DNA of 64,000 nucleotides from Leptolyngbyaceae cyanobacterium (GCA_050331235.1 JBHJHA010000017.1:32001-96000); one strand, 5' to 3'; positions 9,727 to 20,673 are shown, counted from the first letter of the stretch. The notes: generated by a model from the sequence alone, not told the origin. A program made the numbers and translations.

Positions 9727-11853
9727 ATGAGTCATTGGGTCCGTAGTCTGACCTGTTTCTATCCAGGGTTGCTTCGCCGCGGTCGCTGGATGGGGGTTGT
9801 GCTGACGGTCATGATCATTGGCTTACTCCAGGGGCTGCCGGGGCAGGCTGCCCCGGCGATTGACATTGCCCGGCCAACTTGGGATACGGGGTGGTTTCAG
9901 GCGGAGGTGTATCGACAGTTGCTCATCGAGCTGGGATATACCGTCAATGCCCCACAGACCCTTGGCAATGATGAGTTTTATCAGCAAGCCGCTGCGGGGG
10001 AAATGGACCTGTGGACTAGTGGTTGGTTTCCGCTACACGATCGCTATTTGCAGCAACCTCAGATTGGAGAAGCGGTCGAGGCGGTCGGATTTGAGGTGCC
10101 GGGCGGAGCGCTCCAGGGCTACCTGATTGATCGAGCCACCGCTGACCGATTCAATATTCAAACCCTGGCAGATTTGACCCAGCCAGAGGTCATCGCTGCG
10201 CTGGACCACAATGGCAATGGTCTGGCCGACCTAATTGGCTGTAATGAAGGCTGGGCTTGCGCTGACATCATTGACTATCACCTTCAAGAATATGGACTGA
10301 GAGGAGCGGTCGAGCACATTCAAGGGGCCTACGCACCCTTGATGGAAGAGGTGGTGGCCCGGCAGCGGCGAGGTGAGTCAGTGCTGTTCTACACCTGGAC
10401 GCCGAACTGGACGGTCAACGAACTGATGCCCGCCCAAGAGGTGGTCTGGTTAGAGGTCCCATATCCGAGCCTGCCCGCAGGACAGAAGCAACTGGAAAGT
10501 GAGACGGTCATTACGGGTATGGTCGGTTGTGTCGCCGATCCCTGTGCCCTTGGTTTTCCGCGGAATGATATCCGAGCTGTGGCAAATACGGCCTTTTTAG
10601 ATGCCAACCCGGCGGTGCGATCGCTCTTGGAAAACGTTACTTTACCGTTAGAGGACATCGCTGCCCAAAACGCGCTTATGTTACGGGGGGAAGGCGATGA
10701 AGCTGATATTCAGCGCCATGCCCAGGCTTGGCTCAGTGCCAATCGCGAGGTCGTCGATGAGTGGCTGACCCAGGCCCAAGCCGCTGGTAGCATCCCGCCG
10801 ATCCCCGCCGACTTTGCCACCTCAGAGACTGCTCAGCCAATCCTCAGTACCACGCCGCTGCGGGTTGTCACCCAGCGGTTTGAACCCTTTGTGATTTATG
10901 AAAACCAGCAGTATCAGGGATTTAGCCTGGACCTCTGGGATGCGATCGCCCAAGAACTGGACCTGTCGTATGATTTAGTCGGGGTCAACTCCGTCGCCAA
11001 ACTCCTGGATGAAGTCGAGCGGGGCGCGGCTGATGTAGCCATCGCGGGCATTAGTATTACTTCCCAACGCGAGGCGACCCTCGATTTTTCTTATCCTTAC
11101 TATGAGTCGGGCCTGCAGGTGCTAGTGCCCAATGAAGCCAGCGAAGTGAGCAAGCTGATTACCGTGGTTTTAGCAGTCTTGAGATCGCCCCGGTTGTACT
11201 ACGGCATCGGCATTCTAATTCTCATTCTGCTGATTGTGGCCCATCTGCTGTGGTTTTCTGAGCGTAATCACAACAGTCAGTTTCCTGATGACTATTGGCA
11301 TGGTATTTGGGAAGCCTTTTGGTGGGCCGCCGTGACCGTGACCACTGTCGGCTATGGCGACAAGGTTCCCCAACGATTTGCTGGTCGATTTTTCGGTCTG
11401 TTGTGGATGTTTTCCGGATACTTTGTGTTCGCCTATTTCACTGCTAGCATTGCCACTACCTTTACCGTCCAGGAACTGCAGGGCGTGATTAATGGCCTTG
11501 AAGATCTACCCGGCAAGCGCATCGCTACGGTTACCCAGAGTGCGGCAGCGGAGTTCCTCGACGAACAGACCAATCTGCTATATCAGGACTATGACACTTT
11601 GGGCGATTTATACGCTGCGGTGATTGATGAAGAAGCGATCGATGCGGTGGTATATGATGCGCCTGTACTTCAATACTTTGTTTCCCATCAGGGGCAAGGC
11701 CAGTACAAAGTGGTGGGGGAAGTGTTTCAAACCCTGAACTATGGCATTGCCTTTGAGCAAGAAAGCCCTTATCGGGAATCTATCAATGCAACTCTGCTTA
11801 AACTCTATGAAACTGGGCGATACGACGAAATTTACGAGGATTGGTTTGGCTGA
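9727..11853 (+). CDS. Fusion protein: ProX-type glycine betaine/proline-binding domain plus GluR0-like ligand-gated potassium channel
   Basis: Signal-like N-terminus. ProX motifs GWFPLH, DHNGNGLADLIGCNEGWAC and YTWTPNW. Then S1 (ISITSQRE), TM1, pore WWAAVTVTTVGYGD, TM2 (AYFTASIA) and S2 (VVYDAPVL...YGIAF). Start is 9727 or 9790. Confidence 0.9.
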   Translation: MSHWVRSLTCFYPGLLRRGRWMGVVLTVMIIGLLQGLPGQAAPAIDIARPTWDTGWFQAEVYRQLLIELGYTVNAPQTLGNDEFYQQAAAGEMDLWTSGWFPLHDRYLQQPQIGEAVEAVGFEVPGGALQGYLIDRATADRFNIQTLADLTQPEVIAALDHNGNGLADLIGCNEGWACADIIDYHLQEYGLRGAVEHIQGAYAPLMEEVVARQRRGESVLFYTWTPNWTVNELMPAQEVVWLEVPYPSLPAGQKQLESETVITGMVGCVADPCALGFPRNDIRAVANTAFLDANPAVRSLLENVTLPLEDIAAQNALMLRGEGDEADIQRHAQAWLSANREVVDEWLTQAQAAGSIPPIPADFATSETAQPILSTTPLRVVTQRFEPFVIYENQQYQGFSLDLWDAIAQELDLSYDLVGVNSVAKLLDEVERGAADVAIAGISITSQREATLDFSYPYYESGLQVLVPNEASEVSKLITVVLAVLRSPRLYYGIGILILILLIVAHLLWFSERNHNSQFPDDYWHGIWEAFWWAAVTVTTVGYGDKVPQRFAGRFFGLLWMFSGYFVFAYFTASIATTFTVQELQGVINGLEDLPGKRIATVTQSAAAEFLDEQTNLLYQDYDTLGDLYAAVIDEEAIDAVVYDAPVLQYFVSHQGQGQYKVVGEVFQTLNYGIAFEQESPYRESINATLLKLYETGRYDEIYEDWFG

Positions 11854-12139
11854 GCATTAAGTTAAAACATTCGCGTAAATTATTGGCTCCCATCGTCATG
11901 TCGTCACTGTCTACTGGGGCCCTGGCTGAGTAGAAGCTGTCAAGCAGGACTGATAGATATCAACCGATTACAGGCAGCGTAAAGAATCTTGGTGAGTTGG
12001 GTCACAGGTCGGTGACTAGTCGGCCAGATAATCGTTACTATTTTGGGCAGGTCTATTTTTTGTCACGCTAGCAAAGACGGTAATCAATCGACGCTAGCGC
12101 GGTGATCAATAACCCATCAGTCCAATCAGGAAATCTAGT

Positions 12140-12580
12140 GTGAATCACACATTTTTAATTGAGCCTGGACGCTGGATGCTTCACGGCAATTGGTTAGAGC
12201 GCGATCGCCCTCCCTTGGCACTGCGAGGCGGCATTTTGATTGCCTGGGGACGAGATAATTGGTTCACGATGGTTATGAAATTAACTTTTCCCAATGATGA
12301 CCATCAGGAGATTGCGCTCCAATATAAAGGTCGCCTCGCCATGGGTGAGCGGCAGTACACATTTGTGCTGCAGCATAGTGACCTCGGTCGCGTCGAAGGT
12401 GAAGGTTGGGTCGCTCCAGCTTCTGTGGTGCAAAGATACTGGTGCTTGGGCGATCGCCAACGTCGTACCGGATTTGAGACGCTGTACCAAATCGACGAGC
12501 AACACTACCATCTCTCCAGCGGCATTATGGCTGGGCACTATCTCACTACCGCGATCGAAGCCAACCTAGAACGCCAGTGA
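12140..12580 (+). CDS. Conserved cyanobacterial hypothetical protein
   Basis: 146-aa ORF with GTG start and a beta-rich, protein-like pattern; function not recognised. Confidence 0.7.
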   Translation: MNHTFLIEPGRWMLHGNWLERDRPPLALRGGILIAWGRDNWFTMVMKLTFPNDDHQEIALQYKGRLAMGERQYTFVLQHSDLGRVEGEGWVAPASVVQRYWCLGDRQRRTGFETLYQIDEQHYHLSSGIMAGHYLTTAIEANLERQ

Positions 12581-12976
12581 TCGATAGCAATCCCCAACCC
12601 TTGGGTACTTTGAAGCTACTACACACCTTTTATAGGTGAACTCAGAAGCTGATCGCTGGCGGCTCACGTACCATGAGCCGAGCACCGTCCATCGGCGCCA
12701 GCCAGAGCGCGATTACCAAGACAACAGTGCGCTGCACTCAAAATTCATCAGGGTCGCTCAACCATCTCAAAATGGGACGTTTAGAATACGAAGAAGGCGC
12801 TAGTTAAAACCGTAAAATGCAGACCGAAGCGCGGCTTCAGCTCGCGCCTGTGTGATGAATTAAGCTTTGTTCGTTGATTAGACCTCCAGTCTCTAACAAG
12901 GTGAATGTGGTTGAGTAAGACAATCACATCGCTCCAACAGCCTCAGCGAATATAAGATAGGCCCGCACCTTGACCT

Positions 12977-14530
12977 ATGCCAGACCCTAACATCGGCCAG
13001 AAACTTGCAGACCGCTACGAGCTCATGGAGCTGGTGGGGCAGGGCGCTATGGGAAAGGTGTATCGCGCTGAAGATACCTTGCTGGGTGGGGTGATCGTAG
13101 CCGTCAAGTTTTTATCGCAAACGCTGCTGACGGGCAAAATGCGCGATCGCTTTGTCCAAGAGGCGACAACCTGCGCCCAACTAGGGCAAAACAGTATCCA
13201 TGTTGTCCGCGTGACTGACTATGGCGTCAGTCAAGATGACGTGCCGTTTTACGTGATGGAATACTTGCAAGGCGAAAGCTTGAGCATTCTCATCGGCCAC
13301 AAAAGCCTTCCCATTCCCCGCTTTTTGGGCATTATCCGCCAGGTTTGTTTAGGGCTCAAGTCTGCCCACGATGGTATTCGGGTTCGTGGCTATCCTCAAC
13401 CCGTGCCGATTATCCACCGTGATATCAAACCCAGCAACATCTTAGTCACCCAAGATGCCACACTAGGTGAGTTAGTTAAAATCCTCGACTTTGGCATTGC
13501 AAAGTTGATGCAGGCCGATAGCGAACAAACCAATTCCTTTATGGGGACGCTGGCCTACGCTTCGCCAGAGCAAATGGAGGGCAAGGAACTTGACAACCGA
13601 TCCGACATTTATAGCTTAGGCATTTTGATGTATCAGATGCTGACGGGGCAATTGCCCCTGAGGGCCGCCAGCCATTCTTTTGGCGGGTGGTACAAAGTTC
13701 ACCACACGGAGCAGCCTCGACCGCTGTCAGAACTGCTGCCCGACACCAACATACCTGCTGTGCTTGAAAAGCTCGTGATGGGTTGCCTGGCCAAGCAGCC
13801 AGAAAACCGCCCTCAAAATATTGTCGAAATTCTCAAAGCCTTAGATCCCCTAGAGCAGCGTTATGGTGGTGGCATCCGCATTGGGCAGCGAATCGGAGCG
13901 ACCCTTTCTCGCGTGCCCATTGTTTCTAGCCCGCAAAAACAGCTGGCCAATAGTGGTCAGCCAGAGTTGCTGACTCCGACAGAACGAGATATCTGTCAAA
14001 CTGCAACCTGGCCAGCCAATAAACCGATCGCTGAGATTGTATTCCCGCAGTTACTCTCATCCTCTAAAGGAACGCTGCCGACCCTATGGGTCATGCTCCC
14101 CCCTGCGGAAATTATTAAACGGTTGCGAGGCACCCGCTACAACACCTTTATTTGCACAATGTCTCCCCACCCGATGGCCCTGTGGCTGACGGTGTTGTAC
14201 AGCCCCAAGCACGGACCGCGATGGCTGCCCTGCTACCTCGATATCAAATCTCACGCGGGCCAGGAAATCACCTTTCATCTAGGGCAATCTGGTGAGTACA
14301 AAGTTCTCTTCTTTTCGACTGAGGAGCCTCAGAAATGCGCCCACGTGGTGACCTGTACGATCGCTGAACCTCAGCAGCATATGCTGCAGCGTTGGGTGAT
14401 GTCAGCCCGAGCCCAGCACTCAGTTGCTGATCCTAGCTTTAGCAAAAAGATGCTCAAAGATGAGCTCAATAATCACATGAAAGAGAAAATCTTACAGCAG
14501 CTAGAAGCGATATATCCCGACAACGATTGA
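12977..14530 (+). CDS. Hanks-type Ser/Thr protein kinase (possibly SpkA-like)
   Basis: GQGAMGKVY, VAVK, HRDIKPSN, DFGIAK, YASPEQ and SDIYSLG; soluble C-terminal domain. Confidence 0.93.
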   Translation: MPDPNIGQKLADRYELMELVGQGAMGKVYRAEDTLLGGVIVAVKFLSQTLLTGKMRDRFVQEATTCAQLGQNSIHVVRVTDYGVSQDDVPFYVMEYLQGESLSILIGHKSLPIPRFLGIIRQVCLGLKSAHDGIRVRGYPQPVPIIHRDIKPSNILVTQDATLGELVKILDFGIAKLMQADSEQTNSFMGTLAYASPEQMEGKELDNRSDIYSLGILMYQMLTGQLPLRAASHSFGGWYKVHHTEQPRPLSELLPDTNIPAVLEKLVMGCLAKQPENRPQNIVEILKALDPLEQRYGGGIRIGQRIGATLSRVPIVSSPQKQLANSGQPELLTPTERDICQTATWPANKPIAEIVFPQLLSSSKGTLPTLWVMLPPAEIIKRLRGTRYNTFICTMSPHPMALWLTVLYSPKHGPRWLPCYLDIKSHAGQEITFHLGQSGEYKVLFFSTEEPQKCAHVVTCTIAEPQQHMLQRWVMSARAQHSVADPSFSKKMLKDELNNHMKEKILQQLEAIYPDND

Positions 14531-14570
14531 TCTGGCCATCCTGTTGTGCTTAGGCCTGGACAGCGATGCC

Positions 14571-14996
14571 CTACCCAGGTATCTGGCCCAAGGAGACGTT
14601 GTCCGCAGCACTGTGCAAATTGTATCTGTCTTGTCTTTGCAAGTCTGGAGAAGTCATGGCCAAGTGCTGCTCTAGCAGAGCTAGATTACGCACATTTGAC
14701 TTAAAGAAAGCGTCAAAAACGTCACCCAGTAGTGGCACCGTACCTACGAGAAACTCTAAGCCAATGTTGAAGATCATTTTGCCCAACTTGCCTTTAGGCA
14801 GATCGAACTGCGTGGCCAAAAAGATGATATAGGCAGAGGTCGCTGCTGTCACCAAATCGCCGATGCCCGGTATCAATCCCACAATTGGGTCAAGACCCAC
14901 CTTTAAACCCAGACCAGGTATTTTAAAAGCGGTGTCCATCAGGCGGGTGAGACGGCGGATACGGCTGAGCTGTCTGATTTTGGATTGAGTATTCAT
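14571..14996 (-). CDS. DUF4112 family membrane protein
   Basis: MDTAFKIPG...GLDPIVGLIPGIGD and VPLLGDVFDAFFKSNVRN motifs. Confidence 0.85.
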   Translation of the reverse strand: MNTQSKIRQLSRIRRLTRLMDTAFKIPGLGLKVGLDPIVGLIPGIGDLVTAATSAYIIFLATQFDLPKGKLGKMIFNIGLEFLVGTVPLLGDVFDAFFKSNVRNLALLEQHLAMTSPDLQRQDRYNLHSAADNVSLGQIPG

Positions 14997-15071
14997 GCCC
15001 AAATTTTGCCGGAACCTGTGGCTCAAATCTTCTGGCCGAAGGGAGACATCACGCGGTGGTGGGGTCTCTCC

Positions 15072-15113
15072 GCAGGCTTATTAAGACTTGCCCTGGAGGC
15101 TTAATAAACCTGC
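15072..15113. terminator. Inverted repeat downstream of rlmN (possible terminator or stabiliser)
   Basis: GCAGGCTTATTAAG ... CTTAATAAACCTGC arms, one mismatch at DNA level; no clear U-tract. Confidence 0.4.
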
Positions 15114-15152
15114 AGCCGGTATGACTAGCGAGTCTGAGGGCAAGCTGAGCAA

Positions 15153-16241
15153 TTAATTAGCGAGTTTTTGGGCTCGCAGTTGTCCACAAGCCGCGTCTTT
15201 TTCGAGCCCTCGGGAGTAACGAACACTGACCGCTACGTGACGCTTTTTGAGCTCGTCGACAAACCCCTGGATTTGGCGATCGCTCGGTCGCTGGTAGTCC
15301 ACCTCGTTGATGGGATTGTAAGGAATCAAATTGACGTGGCTCTGAAAGCCCCCTACCATTTCGGCTAGTTCAGAGGCATGGTGGGGCAAATCATTCAGTC
15401 CAGATAGCAAAATGTATTCAAACGTGATCCGTCGTCCGGTCAGGTAAACGTATTCGTAACATTCGGCGATCAATTGCTCGAAGGGATACTTGCGGGCACT
15501 GGGAATCAAGGTTTCTCTGAGCTTCTGGTTAGAAGCGTGGAGACTGACTGCCAAGGTGATTTGTAATTGTTCCTGGGCGAGGCGACGAATTTGACCCGGA
15601 ATGCCTACGGTAGACACGGTGATCGATCGCTGCCCAATGCCGATATCTTGGTTGAGCGATCGTACCGCTTTAATCACATTGGCCGCGTTAAGCAGAGGCT
15701 CACCCATGCCCATAAACACAATATTGCTGACCCGTTGGTCAAAGTCCTCTTGCACAGTGAGGACCTGATCCACAATCTCGTGGGTTTCCAGATTGCGTAA
15801 AAAGCCGCCCTTGCCGGTCGCACAAAAGTCACAGGCCATGGGACATCCAACTTGGGACGAGACGCAGACGGTGAGGCGTTTGCCGCTGGGAATGCCGACA
15901 GCTTCAATAATGCTGCCGTCAGTGAGCTTGAGTAGATATTTAATCGTGCCGTCTGGGGCACCTGACCGAAAATGGAGGTGCGATCGCCCCACCGGCACCG
16001 CCGCGATCGCCGCTCGCCAGGCCTTAGAAAACACTGTGATATCTGCTAGGCTCCGAGCATACTTGCCATAGATCCACTGATGTAGCTGCTTGCCACGATA
16101 GGCTGGCTGACCGTGCGTCTGGACCCAATCGGTTAACTCGTCAAGGGATTGCCCCAGAAGGGGCTTCGCGGTGGATCGTTCAGCAGTAGTGGGAGAGGCA
16201 GAAGCTGGCATATTGCTGACCCTTTGGCATGGCTTATCCAT
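15153..16241 (-). CDS. rlmN: 23S rRNA (A2503-C2)/tRNA methyltransferase RlmN
   Basis: [18 protein letters not shown] radical-SAM motif, FMGMGEPL and AACGQL. Start may be 16211. Confidence 0.97.
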   Translation of the reverse strand: MDKPCQRVSNMPASASPTTAERSTAKPLLGQSLDELTDWVQTHGQPAYRGKQLHQWIYGKYARSLADITVFSKAWRAAIAAVPVGRSHLHFRSGAPDGTIKYLLKLTDGSIIEAVGIPSGKRLTVCVSSQVGCPMACDFCATGKGGFLRNLETHEIVDQVLTVQEDFDQRVSNIVFMGMGEPLLNAANVIKAVRSLNQDIGIGQRSITVSTVGIPGQIRRLAQEQLQITLAVSLHASNQKLRETLIPSARKYPFEQLIAECYEYVYLTGRRITFEYILLSGLNDLPHHASELAEMVGGFQSHVNLIPYNPINEVDYQRPSDRQIQGFVDELKKRHVAVSVRYSRGLEKDAACGQLRAQKLAN

Positions 16242-16350
16242 CCTAATACTTGCTCCGCCAAACCGTGAGCCAACCTCAAAGGGAGCGAATCAGCAGCCCT
16301 GCCAGCCTTAGAGTGGGATGCCAGCGCAACTAGCTCAAAGCATCCTCGGG

Positions 16351-17727
16351 TCAGAATGAGAGTTGCTCGCCCCGGATAGACTTATCCAACAGCTCCATTG
16401 GATGCATGACGGGTAATGTATCACCGCGCTGCCGTAGATGCTGTTTGATTTGCAGGGCACAACCAGGGTTGGGGGAAGCAATCAGCTGTGCCCCAGTGTT
16501 TACTAGGTTCTGGGCTTTCATATCACCAAGTTCGCGAGCCACTTCCGGCTGCAGCATGTTGTAAACCCCAGCGCTGCCGCAACAGAGCGCAGCATCCACT
16601 GGCTCAAAGATTTGCACCTGGGGAATTTGTCGCAATACCTGGCGAGGCTGGACACTGATTTTTTGTCCGTGTAAGAGGTGGCAGGCATCTTGATAAACCA
16701 GAGGTAGGGGGCCTTCAGTGAGGGGATGAAGAGCTGCCGTCAGGCCGACTTCCGCTAAAAACTCCTGCACATCGCGAACGCTGGCAGAAAACGCCTGAGC
16801 GCGATCGCGATAGTCATCGTCATCTTGCAAAATATGGCCATATTCCTTCAACGTATGGCCGCATCCTGCCGCATTGATAATGACATAGTCGACATCAGTA
16901 TCGGCAAATGCGTCAATCATTTGCCGCGCCAGAGCCTGCGCTTGGGCGGCTTCGCCTTGGTGGGCTGGCAGGGCAGAGCAGCAGCCCTGGCTGGGGGGAA
17001 TGACTACTTCACACCCGTTGGCTGTTAATACGCGGGCAGTGGCCGCGTTCACCTCAGAGAAAAAGACGCGCTGGACACAGCCCAAAATCATGCCTACCCG
17101 AAACCGCTGCTGACCTTGGGCCGGAATGACGGCAGGAAGATTATCTCGAAAGGATTGAGCGGTTACCGGCGGCAGCAAAGATTCCATTGCGGCGAGGTTA
17201 GGGGCAAATCGCTGGAGTAACCCGGAGGTACGAACTAGTTTGGCCAGCCCTGAAAACTGGTAGAGACCCAGCGGTGTGAGTAACAACCGGATCCGATCAG
17301 GATAAGGAAACAACTGGAAAATGAGGCCGCGCAGCAGTTGCTCAGGTAGCGATCGCCTGTGATTGCGCTGGACCTGTGGCCGCACCGACGCAATGAGTTG
17401 GTCATATTGCACTCCCGAGGGGCATGATGTCGTGCAGGCTAGACAGCCCAAACAAGAATCAAAATGCTCAACTGCGGTTTCTGAAAAGGGGACTTCCCCT
17501 TGGTTGATGCCGTCCATCAGATAGATGCGACCACGGGGCGAGTCCATCTCAGTGCCCAAAACTCGGTAACTGGGGCAAGTGGTCAAACAAAATCCACAGT
17601 GTACACAGGCATCGATGAGCCCTTGCGCCGGTGGATGCTGCGGATCAAACCCCGTGGGCACCGTATTAGCAGGCGGTGCTTCGGGCGGCACATTGGACGA
17701 AGCGGTCGAAGAGTCTACCGAAGGCAT
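16351..17727 (-). CDS. glcF: Glycolate oxidase iron-sulfur subunit
   Basis: Two CxxCxxCxxxCP ferredoxin motifs plus two CCG-type domains (QGCCSA, LCCGSAG). Confidence 0.9.
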   Translation of the reverse strand: MPSVDSSTASSNVPPEAPPANTVPTGFDPQHPPAQGLIDACVHCGFCLTTCPSYRVLGTEMDSPRGRIYLMDGINQGEVPFSETAVEHFDSCLGCLACTTSCPSGVQYDQLIASVRPQVQRNHRRSLPEQLLRGLIFQLFPYPDRIRLLLTPLGLYQFSGLAKLVRTSGLLQRFAPNLAAMESLLPPVTAQSFRDNLPAVIPAQGQQRFRVGMILGCVQRVFFSEVNAATARVLTANGCEVVIPPSQGCCSALPAHQGEAAQAQALARQMIDAFADTDVDYVIINAAGCGHTLKEYGHILQDDDDYRDRAQAFSASVRDVQEFLAEVGLTAALHPLTEGPLPLVYQDACHLLHGQKISVQPRQVLRQIPQVQIFEPVDAALCCGSAGVYNMLQPEVARELGDMKAQNLVNTGAQLIASPNPGCALQIKQHLRQRGDTLPVMHPMELLDKSIRGEQLSF

Positions 17728-17922
17728 GGAGGGCAAAGGGGTACGGTATGGCGTCTCCTCCAGCGTACCGCGTTGATTTTAGGTTCGTGGCGGCGTTTTT
17801 CTAACAATGACCCTAGAGAAACCTCAATCTGAGTGGATTGAGGCTCGGATGTCTGGCGCTCACCGGCATAACCGCTGGGTTGGGCTAAGGGACTATGCCT
17901 GTGAGCGCCAGTGAGGTCGCCC

Positions 17923-18351
17923 CTAGGCAGAGGGCGTAAAGGGAACGTCTTCCGCATGTCCCCAAAAGGCTTCTAGACCGTAGTAATCACGGGCTTCAGG
18001 CATAAAGACGTGGACAATCACTTCACCGTAGTCTTGCAATATCCAACTGATCTCTCCTTGACCTTCGGTGCGAATGGGATGGCGCTCAAACGCTACCGCG
18101 GCGACGTCACTGATGCTGCGAGCGATCGCCCGTACCTGAGCTGACGAAAATCCGGTGACGATCACAAAATAATCGGTGATGTAGGAAACATCAGTCACGT
18201 GTAGGATGCGGATATCGGAGCCCTTACGGTCATCCGCGGCTTGGGCCAAAGCCGTTGCAAAGGCAAGGGTTGCCTCATCTGCAGCGGCGGGGACGGACGA
18301 TGATTGATGGGTGGTTTGAAAAGGAGTTACAGCAGGATGTAAATCTGACAT
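17923..18351 (-). CDS. rsfS: Ribosome silencing factor RsfS
   Basis: DRKGSDI, DYFVIVTG, WILQDYGEVIVHVF and YYGLEAFW. Confidence 0.95.
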   Translation of the reverse strand: MSDLHPAVTPFQTTHQSSSVPAAADEATLAFATALAQAADDRKGSDIRILHVTDVSYITDYFVIVTGFSSAQVRAIARSISDVAAVAFERHPIRTEGQGEISWILQDYGEVIVHVFMPEARDYYGLEAFWGHAEDVPFTPSA

Positions 18352-18417
18352 ATGAAGGTAAATATCCTCAAATCAACAAAACGGTGAATTCATCCTCAAG
18401 ACAAGTAAAAAGGCAAG

Positions 18418-19038
18418 TCAGGCAACAGCATTCATGACGGATGATTGCCGCCGGGCTGACATAAACCTGTTATGGGTCAGGATAGTGCGCGGGTGGATAA
18501 GACGTTTGCTCTTCAACAGATGTTGTAAGGAAAAAACACAGGTCTCGTATACCGCGCCCCATAAATCAACATAGCTCAGCTGCCTGAGCTGCTGCAGTTG
18601 CGGATCTTCCCCCCGGCCCGGTTCGAGGGCGTCGGCTAAGTAAACGATCGCGCCCACCCCGTCTAAATCGGGACTGCCAGTGGTGTGTGCGGCGATCGCC
18701 CGCAAGACGACATCATTGCGTACTCCAAAGCGGTCCCGAGCGACGATCGCGCCCACCGGCGCATGCAGTAAGTGGGGCATGGCCTTTTCGACTGGATGCA
18801 GCTCCCAACCTTCGGCGGCAGCGACAGCTCGCAACTTGTCTGGAGAAAAGCATTTGGCCAGATCGTGCATCAGAGCAGCCTGCTGTGATGCAGCGATATC
18901 CACCGCATGGTGCTCGGCCAGCGCGATCGCCATATCCTCAACGCGCAAAATATGCTGTAAACGCGCCTCAGGCACAGCTGTTTGCAACCACTGTAGGACC
19001 TCTTGGCGCAGTGAAGGCGGCATAAAAGCTGGTTTCAT
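18418..19038 (-). CDS. yqeK: Symmetrical Ap4A hydrolase YqeK (HD domain)
   Basis: RLQHILRV, MHDLAK, LLHA, HTTG and YLADALEP; adjacent to rsfS. Confidence 0.9.
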   Translation of the reverse strand: MKPAFMPPSLRQEVLQWLQTAVPEARLQHILRVEDMAIALAEHHAVDIAASQQAALMHDLAKCFSPDKLRAVAAAEGWELHPVEKAMPHLLHAPVGAIVARDRFGVRNDVVLRAIAAHTTGSPDLDGVGAIVYLADALEPGRGEDPQLQQLRQLSYVDLWGAVYETCVFSLQHLLKSKRLIHPRTILTHNRFMSARRQSSVMNAVA

Positions 19039-19450
19039 AAAAGGCAATAGTGTTTGAGTTTAAACAAACCAAGATTTTCAAGAAGTATATTCTTAATATT
19101 TTATCAAGCTGTATTGCGGGGCTTAAACTTGATTCATAAACGGCGCTCTTATAACTCGCCCATCTGTCTGGTAACAATCGTCGGCTAGTGACTAGAGGGC
19201 AGTGTCAATTGCCATGGCCGTAGAGAAACTGGGCGATCGCCAGATACTAGCCGCGGTTTCGGTACTGGGTACTGGGCCTCCATTCAGCCCTTCGCCGTGA
19301 CATTCAGGGCGGCAAGTCGAAGATGTCGATGCAAAATTATGCATTCTATTTGCCATTGCTCGCTACCATAATTGGCAAATCAGTCTGAGTCATTCAGCAT
19401 TTTCCGGCTGATGACATGTTAGCTGTCGTGGCATATCGAGGAAGCGGCCA

Positions 19451-20673
19451 ATGAATTCATTCACGCCAGGCATCATTATTGCCCTTTTGATCATGTTTCT
19501 CATTGGCATTTTGGTCGGTTATTCCTTGGTGCAAAGACGCCTGCGTACCCATGCCGAAGAACTGAAAGTCACCCGCCGCCGATTAGACGAGATGGCACAG
19601 TCCCATGAGCTGCGGCTGCGGGAAGCGACCGACCAGTTACGACATGACTACGAAGCAGAATTGTCAGAAACCATCGAACATTATCAAGATCAGCTCTCCC
19701 AAAAATCGATTGAGATGGAGCAGATCTACGAAACCCGGTTTCGGGTATTGCAGCAGGGCAGTGGCGTAGCCGCTCCCCAATCATTAGCGACGGCCAATAC
19801 CGGATTGAGTGCAGTGCCGCCCCAGCGATCGCCGGTTGCGCCCCCCCCCGGCAAGGCATCGAACCGATTGCAGGCAATTCATCGGCAGGTTTGACGCCGC
19901 CAGAACTGCAGCATCTCAAGCGGCAATATGAGCTGCGCCTCAAAGAAGCAGCGCAAAAACTTCAAAAGGCTTACGAGACGCAGTTAGCCGAGCATGCGAA
20001 GACCACCAAAGCAGAGCTCAAGGCTGACTATGAACGACAAGTCGCCGCTAAATATCAGGAGTTCGAACGACAGTTTGCTGCTCGGCAAGCTGAACTGGAG
20101 CAACAGCTTGCCAGTTCGCCAGCTGAGTCGCCGACTTTGTCGTCAATGATGACGGGCAGCTACGCAGTGCCCACCCCAAGTGAGATCATGGGACGGGGTG
20201 AGGACACCACGGTGACCCTGGCTTCTTCAACACCGCCGGAACTGGGAGAGCCGGTCCCCCCAGTCGGCCAATATACGCAACACCAAGTAGACGAGCAGGT
20301 GCAAGCGGCCACCGAACAGGTGCAGGCTGAGCTAGAGCAGCGCTTGGCTGAACAGCTAGCAACGCAACAGGCCCAGTTTGATCGCCGTCTGCGGGAGCTC
20401 GAGGCCGAATATGCCCGACTAGCGGCAATACCTGAAACCACTACGCCCCAGACATCGGCAGATTTGGTGGACGACTTAGATGAAATCTTTGGCGATGCTC
20501 CCCCCGCGCCAGCGACGACAGAGATGCCGACGATGACGAACGAAGATGAAAGTTTGGTCGCGGATAACCCGTTGGAGATGACCAGCGGTGCTGAGGCAAC
20601 GACGAATAATCCCAATGACGATGACGATGATTTTGGGCCTTTAGACCTGAGCGACATTAGCCAGCTGACGTAA
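19451..20673 (+). pseudogene. Single-TM coiled-coil protein with acidic tail, frameshifted at the C9 run (19841-19849); appears as ORFs 19451-19894 and 19891-20673
   Basis: One extra C joins the two frames without a stop. Both halves share the repeat HELRLREATDQL / YELRLKEAAQKL. May be a sequencing error. Confidence 0.7.
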
